Source: an uncultured virus (IMG/VR IMGVR_UViG_3300009152_002325) (Duplodnaviria; Heunggongvirae; Uroviricota; Caudoviricetes). From it: a stretch of 64,000 bases of DNA. The notes under the pieces were generated by a model, which was not told where the DNA came from, searched no databases, and saw only the letters and a program-made list of their open reading frames with translations. Made by a program: the position numbers and the translations under genes. The DNA lies in IMG/VR virus record IMGVR_UViG_3300009152_002325; one strand, written 5' to 3'. Numbering within the stretch: the stretch's first letter is position 1; every line of letters begins with the position of its first letter. Of the stretch, positions 38,222-48,400 are shown one piece after another.

Positions 38222-38556
38222 GATCTTCCCCCCTGTGTATCTGACATTGTTAACGTGTAAAGGAATCCATCTATTTCCTCATCACTTGAATTATAAATTC
38301 TAAATTTTGCTCTTACTCTTTGTGTTTTAGAAGAATCATCATAAGTTTCAAATCCTTTAAACACTATGTCTGAAAGCTGTGGCCTTTTGACATTTGGAGG
38401 GAAAGATGGTCCTGGGCCTCCGCCGTCTGAGCCACCACTTGAAAATGGAAAAGGGTTTTCAAGCGCTCTTGTTTCCCTAATCTCACCCTTCCAGACTGCG
38501 GCAAGGCGTGGGCTATCGTCAAATATGACCGCAATTTTTCCTACTTCAATTCCCAT
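38218..38556 (-). CDS. Hypothetical protein (tail module)
   Basis: 112 aa, own extended -10 promoter. Confidence 0.65.
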   Translation of the reverse strand: MGIEVGKIAVIFDDSPRLAAVWKGEIRETRALENPFPFSSGGSDGGGPGPSFPPNVKRPQLSDIVFKGFETYDDSSKTQRVRAKFRIYNSSDEEIDGFLYTLTMSDTQGGRS

Positions 38557-38579
38557 TTATTTATTATACCATTACGTTA

Positions 38580-41500
38580 TTAGATAGCTCTACACGAAAT
38601 TGTGGTAGTAATCCCTTCTGAATATTCTAAAGTACACTTAGTTACTAGGTATTTAGCGCTAGATTCTGACATCCCCAATATTGGATACTTTATGCTAACA
38701 ATATCTCCAGCAGATATTAATGGGTTACCGAAAACTGTCATGTCAACAAACCTACCCTTATTTAAAGAGTTTGATTTAATCCAATTTGCAAGTTTTTCTG
38801 CATCTTGTTCATTCTGAATCCATGAAGACTCAAAGATTACAGATTCCTTATTTTGGGAATCTTCTGATTGGTCCGTCTTATATTCTATAGCAGAGGATCG
38901 GCTAATCTTATTTCCAAGTACATAGAAAGTTGTGTAATCGCTATCATGCAAAACAACCGAGGTGGATGTGTTGTTTAAAATATAAGTCTCCGCAGAAAAT
39001 GGCTGGAGCCTTTGATCAAGAACTGTGGCGTAAGGATTTTTGGAAGTTCTAAACATAATAGGCAGAGCGGGCCTTTCGTCTGGGTCATAAGCAATTTTTA
39101 CTTTTCTTATTTCTCTTGCAGTTGTTCCAAACTCAATTAGGGATCCATCTTGATCTGCTACGGTGTTTGCATTGTTATAAATTAAATCTCCGTATAACAT
39201 AGAGATTGTGTCGTCTGCATAAGAGCCAACATGTTTGTATGACGCCACTCTATTTCTTTCATTATAAAGAGTTTCATCAATACTCTTCCCGTATAGAAAA
39301 TCAAAGTAAACCTGGCCTTGACCGCAATGGACTGCTAAATTTTTTGTAACAGTAAGTGGTGGAATATATTGGCTTGTAGAATCGCTTCCAGCATCAACTG
39401 CTGTTAGTTTAAACCCATTAATAAAAACAGTAATTGTATTTTTAACCAATGTTCCTGATGTAGTTTGAGATTTAACAATCACATCTATATTGTAAGATTG
39501 ACCTGCATACACTCCAGCCAAAGTTTTTGGAGATGTTTGCTGACCATCTTTTAAAACAGTAATCTTTCCATTTTGAACTTTTACAATCATTATATCGTTT
39601 TCTAAAAGAGCATAGGCTGTAGTACGGACTAGAACGTAGTAACCATTTTGGCCAGTTGAGTCTAAGCAAAATGCAATACCTCCAACCTGCGATGGGCTTA
39701 CCAATTGACTATCAAAAAACATTCTAGTTCCACAAGCCATGTACAACGATCCTGTGTTAATTGTATTAAATGGCTTTAGTAACAGATTAAATGATTTTTT
39801 GTCTTTATCTAAACTTGATACCGTTATAAAGCTTTTAGCTATACTGTCAAGTTTTGAATTTGCTGGTGCTGTTATATATCCTGGAGGTACTGTTTCTTTT
39901 GCAATATCTGGAGTTGCCAGCTTAATTGAATAAGATTTAAATTTATTTGCATCATTTTCACCTATACCATTAACATAAGAGGTTAAGCTTTTCTTATGAT
40001 CTTTCTTAGATGTTCCAAGGGCATTTCTTGTTTTAATATTATATTCACCAGTTGGATAAAAATATTTAGACCCTGGTTTTGCCAAAGCTTCATACTTCCA
40101 AAAATCTGATTGGCTTTTCATTAGAACTCTAACTGGTGATCCACCTACTGCTGGTACATATTGATACCAAAGCCCGTCGTACTCAATAATCTCATCGTTA
40201 ATTAAAACATAACCACTAAAAGCATCTAACACCTTATCAATTCTTTCTGAATTTACTGTATTTGGAATTAGCTTAAACATTGGGCTGCTATCTACAATAT
40301 CGTCAGCCAGCCTGCCAGCTCCAAGAAACGAATCGGAAGATGTCCAAAGAGGCTGGCTAGAGGTGCTATTTACTGAAGTAGATGCTGAAGAGTATCTAAC
40401 GGTAACTTGATTTGCAGAAAATATTTCTCTTGATGACAAGCTGGCGATACTTGGTGCATAATCAACAACATCTCCGCTCTTAATTTCTTTGTCTGTAAAC
40501 ACCCAACTTGATGGAGTGGTTGCATCATAAATTACATTTCTGCTATAAAAGTTTAAAATATTATTTTCATCTACAAATGCGTTCATTTGAATATCTCTAC
40601 ATAATTCTTGTAATACTTCCCAAACTGTTTTATCACCGTCACACCACCAATAAAATAGAGATGGAATTGAATCATCATCAACTTTGCCATCAGTCATTTT
40701 TATATTAATATTATAAGTAGAAAAACCGACAGAATCAAGTACTCTTTTTATGACTGAAGTTACTGGTGAATCTTGAACTAATAATTGTGGGCACATGGTA
40801 TCTTGTAATATTTTTGCTGCATCAGTTGCATCAATAGAAGCTTCTCCAAATTCAGAAAGAGTCCATGAGTTAGTATAAAATACACCCTGAGTTACTTTTT
40901 CTAAAGACTCTCCTTCTCCAATATTAAGATATGGCTTTATAATTGCATTTTTAAATAAATACAGTTTTGTATTATCTATAGACTCTTTTACGTTATACTC
41001 CATAATTGATCTAGATGTATCACCATGTTGCCTAAATAAAGATAAGCTTAAATAGTTTGCTGTAATTACTCCAACTGGAACAATAGAGTCGCTATCTGCT
41101 GTTGTTTCTTTATTGACAGTAAATGATACTATATCTGAATCTAACGATACTACCCACCTTGGACTTAATTCAATTACACCTAGTAATTTACCATTCATTC
41201 TGTTTGTTGCAGTTAAAGTTATTTTCTTTAAATACTCAGTTGTAGTATATTCATCAGGTTCATCTGTTGACCATGCAGTTCCATTATAATATATTACTGC
41301 CTCCCCGCTTGAATTAAGCGTAGTGCCAGAAACAGATATTACTGTATTGTCTTCTTTGACTCCACTTATTGTCCAAGATAATGGGGTGTCGTGATTAGTT
41401 TCAAACCTTGCAACAATTTTATTTGCAGGAACTAATTTCACTGTAGTCTTTGCTTCGTTTGAAAAGTATTCTAAAGAGACACTAATGTTTGTATTTTTAG

Positions 41501-41876
41501 GAGCAAGCCAGTATTTATACGTCATCTCTGAGCCAGGATAATATAGTCTAGGCTTGCCCAAAAAAGCTACATCCCTAGGATTTTCATACAAATCTTGACG
41601 TGGTGAGTCTGTTTGTTTTTTAGTTACAGGATCCTGTGTATAAACTAAATATTTAATTCCTGGAGCTAATGGTCTAAAAGGTTTATATATTGTATCTATT
41701 GGAAACAACTTTTTAAAAGCAGCTGAATATGTATTAACTATATCTGCTGGGGTAGTTGTTGCTTTTATATATTCAACCATGGAGTTTAAGTTATATTCCA
41801 TTGTTGCGCTTGCAGAAATTGGTATTGATGACCCCCGCTTAATTAAATTCTTAGTTGTATCGCTTACGGTTATCAT
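38580..41876 (-). CDS. Large minor tail (hub/Tal-like) protein
   Basis: 1098 aa, second gene after TMP; VWEVLQELC..., GNPLISAGDIV hub-like motifs. Confidence 0.72.
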   Translation of the reverse strand: MITVSDTTKNLIKRGSSIPISASATMEYNLNSMVEYIKATTTPADIVNTYSAAFKKLFPIDTIYKPFRPLAPGIKYLVYTQDPVTKKQTDSPRQDLYENPRDVAFLGKPRLYYPGSEMTYKYWLAPKNTNISVSLEYFSNEAKTTVKLVPANKIVARFETNHDTPLSWTISGVKEDNTVISVSGTTLNSSGEAVIYYNGTAWSTDEPDEYTTTEYLKKITLTATNRMNGKLLGVIELSPRWVVSLDSDIVSFTVNKETTADSDSIVPVGVITANYLSLSLFRQHGDTSRSIMEYNVKESIDNTKLYLFKNAIIKPYLNIGEGESLEKVTQGVFYTNSWTLSEFGEASIDATDAAKILQDTMCPQLLVQDSPVTSVIKRVLDSVGFSTYNINIKMTDGKVDDDSIPSLFYWWCDGDKTVWEVLQELCRDIQMNAFVDENNILNFYSRNVIYDATTPSSWVFTDKEIKSGDVVDYAPSIASLSSREIFSANQVTVRYSSASTSVNSTSSQPLWTSSDSFLGAGRLADDIVDSSPMFKLIPNTVNSERIDKVLDAFSGYVLINDEIIEYDGLWYQYVPAVGGSPVRVLMKSQSDFWKYEALAKPGSKYFYPTGEYNIKTRNALGTSKKDHKKSLTSYVNGIGENDANKFKSYSIKLATPDIAKETVPPGYITAPANSKLDSIAKSFITVSSLDKDKKSFNLLLKPFNTINTGSLYMACGTRMFFDSQLVSPSQVGGIAFCLDSTGQNGYYVLVRTTAYALLENDIMIVKVQNGKITVLKDGQQTSPKTLAGVYAGQSYNIDVIVKSQTTSGTLVKNTITVFINGFKLTAVDAGSDSTSQYIPPLTVTKNLAVHCGQGQVYFDFLYGKSIDETLYNERNRVASYKHVGSYADDTISMLYGDLIYNNANTVADQDGSLIEFGTTAREIRKVKIAYDPDERPALPIMFRTSKNPYATVLDQRLQPFSAETYILNNTSTSVVLHDSDYTTFYVLGNKISRSSAIEYKTDQSEDSQNKESVIFESSWIQNEQDAEKLANWIKSNSLNKGRFVDMTVFGNPLISAGDIVSIKYPILGMSESSAKYLVTKCTLEYSEGITTTISCRAI

Positions 41877-42469
41877 ACCTGCTCCATTGATATAGATACG
41901 CTCCAGAAGGTCTGCAAGCCTCTTTTAAGGACAGTAAAGTCACATGAGGTAAACATTACCGTATAAGTATAATCATCAGCTAAGGTTCCAGCATCAGCAG
42001 TTATTAGGGATGGATTAAATACTGTTGGATTTAGTTTTATCCTAAAAGATCCTCTTCCTGCAGCTGATTCATAAAAATTCTTTATATCTTCTGCACCCCA
42101 GCCGCCATCTACTGTTTCATTTCTAAATGATGGCAGCATTTCCCAAGATGCACTTATGTTTAGCTTATCAGCAATAAAATATTTTCTTAGAGTTCCATTT
42201 GACATTCTTTGGCTAGACTCAATTCTATTTGTAGTTATAGCAAGTGGGTCTCTATTATGCTCTGTAACTCTTCTAAATTTTAAAACCGCTCTATCCTCGT
42301 ATGGTATCGGCCAAGTTTTTGTTAGAGCATCATAGGCAGGATAAACATTTCCTGGTGGAGTAATTGTTTCACCCTTGTAGTTAAAAGTATTGTTTGCAGT
42401 ATTAATTGCAAATGGGTCAAGTGCTTCAATATATAGCACAGATCCTTTTCCTAAGTTTTGAAAACTCAT
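41873..42469 (-). CDS. Distal tail (Dit-like) minor tail protein
   Basis: First gene after TMP; RMSNGTLR, W.VSISMEQV. Confidence 0.65.
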   Translation of the reverse strand: MSFQNLGKGSVLYIEALDPFAINTANNTFNYKGETITPPGNVYPAYDALTKTWPIPYEDRAVLKFRRVTEHNRDPLAITTNRIESSQRMSNGTLRKYFIADKLNISASWEMLPSFRNETVDGGWGAEDIKNFYESAAGRGSFRIKLNPTVFNPSLITADAGTLADDYTYTVMFTSCDFTVLKRGLQTFWSVSISMEQV

Positions 42470-45400
42470 TGCCCACCAACCCTTCTATTTACTCCTGCTG
42501 CCATTTCCTTTAATCTCATTTCTCTATGTATTTGAGTTGCAACATCTTGTGCTGTTACATTAGTTCCATTTAATTCTACGTTAATATTATATACTGAACC
42601 TGATACAGCCGCCGATGCATTTGGATTAAATGGGTTCATATTGGCTGGGATAACAGCTTCATCTTTATGAAGCATTGCCAACATATTTGCAGGAACCATA
42701 TTAATTCCATTTTCAAATTGAGGTACTCCCAATCTAGAAAATGCAGTGCTTATAGAGTTAGTAAGGTTTAATCCAGTGTTGTTTATGTATCCGCCAGCTG
42801 CATCACTTGTGTGCCCATAATTATTTTCTGACCAGATGTTTGACCCTGGGCGTGAATGTGGTGCCCTATTTGCAATCGGTGGGAGATAAGGGTTTTCCCA
42901 AGCCCAAGTAGCTGGGACATCGTTGCCTTGTTTCATCAAGCGAAGTAAGTCTTTGTTATCTATCATTTCTACATAGCTTCCGTGACCAAACGGGTACGAA
43001 TTGTATGTGCGATTTGGATTTTTTCTCCATGCCATTAATGACTCGTAATGCGCTTGATCTGCTGCTTTTATAGCTAGCCTCTGCTTTTCCATACGAGCTG
43101 CATGTTGTGCATCATAGGCTAACTGAGCTTCGCTTGGTTTTGGAACAGAATATGGTGTAGGAGTATAAGGTTTTCCAGGTATTAATTTTGAACGCAATGC
43201 TGCCAGCCTGCTATTTGCAGCATTAGATACCAGGGAGGCTAAAGTAACTTTGCCAGGGGATATGAATGGCATGTTAGGCATAATTCCTCCAATTGCTTCG
43301 GAGTAACCTACACCATCTGATGTTCTTTGCTTAGAATGCTTTATTCTAGTAATAGATGCGCCGTATTCATTCATAAATCTTGCTATGCCAAGCTTTCGGT
43401 GGTTGTGGTTTACTCCTATCAATCTAATTGTTCCAGTTATAGAATCCCAAGTTATATTGCCTGCAACTGAGCCGTCTGGAGCATACACTTCGATATTGTG
43501 CATTGGGCCAACCCACTCGTTTCCGTACATATTTTCTTGGATTCCTGAAATTCCGCTTTTAAAAGTTGACTCTGGTGGGTACTGATCTATTTGAGCTGGC
43601 TTAAATTTAAATGAATAATCTCCTTTAGGTGTTGGAAATGTTCCAGTATGCTCTGTAAGATTTCTAGCTTCTTTCAAAAGATCTTCATATTTAACAGTAC
43701 CTAATTTTTCAATTGGCGTAAACTTGCCAGCCTTTGCAAGCTTCTCTGCTTTAATCATTGCTGATTCATATGGGGATAATGCAGATGGCCCTAGTAAAGT
43801 TTCTTTAATCTTGGCATTTACTTTTATAGGAGTAAAAGCATCTACTGCAATTTTTGACGTGATTGGCTTAGTGATAGGCCTTGTAAGTTTTGATGCCAGC
43901 CCAAGTCCTGGCAATACTCCAAGAACGTCTGCAGCTACACCCAGATTCTGACTTCCAAAAATTTCTGGGCTTGTTTTATTTTTTAAATTGAATGCTGAAG
44001 TGTATCCAGTTAACATTTGTGCTGTTTGTAATGCCGCTAAATCTGTTTCAGATTGATCTATTTTAGGAGCTGATATATTTTTATTAAATGCCTTACTTGC
44101 TCCAAATCCAAACATGCCATTTGTAATTGATGCAAACACGTTTGCTGGATTAAATCTGCTAAAGAAGTTTCCATGCTTATGTCCTACTGGACCGCCTTTA
44201 TGGTATCCCTTGGCTTTATCTAGGTTATAACTAGTAATATAGTCTTTGAATTTTTTATATTGTACAGAATTTGGGAGCTCTTCTGGTTTAGATACATAAG
44301 CTGCTGGATTAAATTCTTGAAGTCCTTCTTGCCACATCTGGTAAATAGTTTTTGTTTTTTCAGGCATATTTGGAGAATTATCTATAAAGCCTTTTAGGAA
44401 TTGTGGATTAAGTCTTAAAGGAAGAGCTAAAGCATTTTGCTCAAACATTCTAAAAGTTTTAAAGTATCCTCTTAAATTATCTGTTCCTAGGCCTGGACCG
44501 TATGTATTGCCAATTTTTGAAGCCAGCATTTTATCTTTTAGGCTCTTGCTATTTACAAAGTTTAGGTATGCTTTAAATGTATTTTCGTCAGCAAAGGCTT
44601 CAGCTGCTCCGTTACTCCAAGCAATGCTATCAATGTCTTTTTGGCCAATTGCATAATCTTCCCAGGTTGCAAAACCAAGACCCTTTTGCTGTTTTTCTGC
44701 ATTTACATAGACAGATTCGTATCTATCTGCTAAATCATATTTACCAGATTTGCGTAACATTTCAAGTGTTCTTTTAAATGTGTTGTGCGTTTCAAAATCA
44801 AAATGATGCATTGTTTCATGCACTGCAGTTTGACCACTTGTTTTATGATTTGAATTAAGAAGAATATGCGGAAGCAAATTTTCATAATTAGAAGATTTAT
44901 CTGCAAACCTAGGGACATACTGCCCTGCAACGTTCCATGGTAATTTTTCTTCTTTTATTGCTGGTAAAGATACATCTCCAAGCACATCTGATAAAAACTT
45001 TTGCATGTTCTTAGCACTTATATTTTTGCCCTCATACTTAGCAGCATTAAAACTAGATAAAGGACCAGTTGGTGTTAGATTAATATCTGGTGTAACTAAT
45101 TTAGATTTTGCAGCAAGACCTGGTAATTTAGTTATCTTGCTAAGCCCTCCAATAAGTGGAAGTACGCCCAATACGTCTGCTGCGGTTCCTAGCTTCTGGC
45201 TTCCAGCAATTTCTGGGCTTGTGCTATTTTTTAAATTAAAAGCAGATGTATATCCAGAAAGAAGCTGTGCTGTTTGAAGAAGCGCTCTATCTTTTTCTTG
45301 CTGAGTCATAGTAGACTGAACATTAACATTCTGGTTTACAGCCTTAGATGCACCAAAGCTAAACATGCCAGAAAGCATTGAGGATATTGAATTTACTGGA

Positions 45401-48400
45401 TTAAATCTGCTAAACCAATTACCGTTTTTATTTTTATTGCCTACTGGGCCGCCATTAGCAAAGGTTAGCCATGAACCAGCGCCATAAACACCGTTTCCAA
45501 TTCCGCTCATAGAAGCACCAGAGCCTGCGTAACGCATTGGATCCTTGTCAAGACCCATTCCTGGTCCACTATACTTAACAGGCTGCTCGGCTATCTGATG
45601 CCAGTAATCTGAACGATTAGCTATTTTTCCGTCAAACCTAAGACCTGGTATCTCTGTTCCGCCCCAGATATCTTTACCCTTAGCAGGACCGTATCTTAGC
45701 GCTCCCCATCTTTGAGTATAAGGGCTTCCTGATGGGCTTCCATCACTCCAGTAATCTGGCATATCTTCAGGATATGACTTCCATTTGAATAGAGACCCTG
45801 GTAAATTTCTTCCGTGTCTATGACCAACTGGCCCTCCCTTATGCAACCTTTGTGCGTTTAATGCATCAAGTGTCTCTACGCCGTACTTTGCAACAGAAGA
45901 TGCTTTAATTACATATTCACCATCTGAAAGCATTGCTGGAATAGAATCTGATGTTCCAGTTCCTGGGCCTGTAACCTTACCGCCGATGGCATATGTTGGA
46001 CTAGTATTTTTTACAAACTTAACAGTTCCATCATTTAAAACTATGAATTCTTTTAGAATTCCATTAGACTCTTTTAAAGTAAATTGCTGTCCTGCTTTAT
46101 ATCCCTTTTCTTTTGCAAACTTATTGATCTTTCCTTGTTGGGACGGTAGCAATGTGTTTATAAGCATATCCATACCGAATACATCCTTTGATTTTCCGCC
46201 ATATACTGTTTTAGAGGTACCTTTTAGTGCAGCAACAATTTCTTCAGTCATTGTTTTTATCGAGTAGCCTTTACCTCCAGTAATCTGAGTAGCCATACTT
46301 GATACCAAAGCAACATCTCTATCAAGGATCTTCAATATATCTTTATTTAGAGTGGTAATTGTTGTTGAGGTTACACCACTGGTTGTAGAGGCAGGTGAAC
46401 CAGGAGATTCAACATAAACTTTCTTTATTGTTCCATCTTTATTAAAGTACTGGGCAAAAGATTCTCTTATGGCTTTTGCAGTTTCACTTGATCCAGTTCC
46501 TGCTGCGCCTACTTTTTTAAGCAGGTCGCTTAGCTTACCAACAAGCTCTCCCTCCGCTTTTCTTTTTGCTTCGCTTTCTGGCATCATGCTATTTGTTATT
46601 CTTAAAGCGGTTATCTCATCGTAAGTTGCTTTAAATCCTTTAACTACATCCATAACTGCAGCAGCACTTGTTGCATTATCTTGTCTGTTTTGGAAAGCAA
46701 TTGCTTTTTTATCAGCTGCAGCTTGCTTTGCATCTATTTTCTTTTGCTCAATAGCTTTTAGTCTAGCTGCTTCATCTTGTATTGCTTTTTCAGCTAAGTC
46801 TGCCTGTCTATTAGATGTAAGCTGGTCAATGTTTATTCTTGCTCTGGCTGCACCAGAAACATCTCCACGAGCAACAGCGTCTGCATACTCTATTTGAAGT
46901 TTTTGCAATTCTAATGCATAGTTAGATGCGTCTTGAGTTGCTCTTAAAGATTCTAATTTTTTATTTTTTTCATCTTCAATAAGGCTAATTTTTTTAGCAA
47001 TTAATTTTATTTCTTCTTGAATGTTTCTTTGTGAAACAGCAGCTGCTTTTTGTGAAGCAGCAGAGGTAGCTAAAATTGATTCTTGTAGTCTTTTTAATAC
47101 TTTACCAGTTGCTCCATATGTATTTTCACTATTGCCAGCAGCAGTTAAATCAGCAATTCCTGATCCAATTGCTGCAGTAAATCCAGCTAGCTTTATAGCT
47201 AAATCAGCATCAATACTCTTTAAGTCAATACTGATTCCAGAAGTAAACAGTTTAGTTTTTGCTATAATTGACTTTAATGTATCAAACTCATTTATAATCT
47301 TTTCTAGCTCTGGGCTCATCTCTTTCAAAGTCTGGTAAGTATCTTTGCCAATTGGAATATTAAATTCAGGTATATTCTTTTCTGTGCTTGCCAACATTGT
47401 TTGATATGCTTCAAACTCATCAATAAGATCTCCTTGAGCATTTTTTGTTCCAATGAGCGCTTGAGTGCCTGCGTTAACTATGCCAATCATGCTTTCAAAA
47501 CCAGATACCACCGCCTTTTTCTGTGCGTTAGCATCTGCAAAAGTTTGACCATAGCTATCAAATAGGTTCGTTGAGAAACTAATTGGATTAAGCAGATCGC
47601 TTGGTTGAAAGTCAATATTGTCTTTCCACAAAGAAAATGATGATTTATTTCCATTTATGGTTTTTACTAAGTTGCCAACAGCAAATTCTGCCGCAGAAGA
47701 TTTGTCTTCAATTGCGCCGAAGCCTTGATCGGCTAGCAACTTATAAGCCTGGGAGGCCTTTTTACTATTAGCAATAGCTCCATAAATCATCGAGTTTGCT
47801 TGCTCTACGCTTAATCCTCCTGCAACATATTGTGCTTTTTGATTATTTATTAATCTTTGAAGTTCTCCTGTGCTTGAAGTTCTATTAATTGATTCAATTA
47901 AGTCTTTAAGAACCTTGCCCTCTTCTTTTGCTTTTTTCATTTCATCTACAGACTGAGGTATGCCAGGCATACCGATTGAGTTATTTTTTGATCCCTGAGC
48001 AGCAGCATTTGCTAATTTTTGCTTTTCAATATAGTCTGAAAGGTACTGATTAAGATTAAAGTATTTAATTCCAGCTTGTTCGGCACCATCTGCAGTAATA
48101 GATAAACCCATTGCAGCATCTTGCTGAGCATTGTTGTATTTCTTCCATACATCAAGCCCTGTCAAAACAATTGCTAGAACTGTACCAAGGGCTTTAAACT
48201 TTGTAACAAAGTTACTGGCAGAAGCGCCTACTGCAGAAATTGCATCTTTAACACTTTTAAAAGCTTTAATTGATGCCACTACAGAAGTTGTGGTTGACTT
48301 TACTGCGCTTCCCATTGTTTTCCATGGCAACATAGGAATTATAGTGGTGGCACCCATAAGAGCTAATCCAGCCGTCATCCCGCTCATACCCAAAACTTTT

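Noticed and set aside
43899..45463. TMP duplication as a DGR template/variable repeat pair
   Set aside because: No reverse transcriptase in the window; both copies are in-frame coding and differences are not confined to adenines
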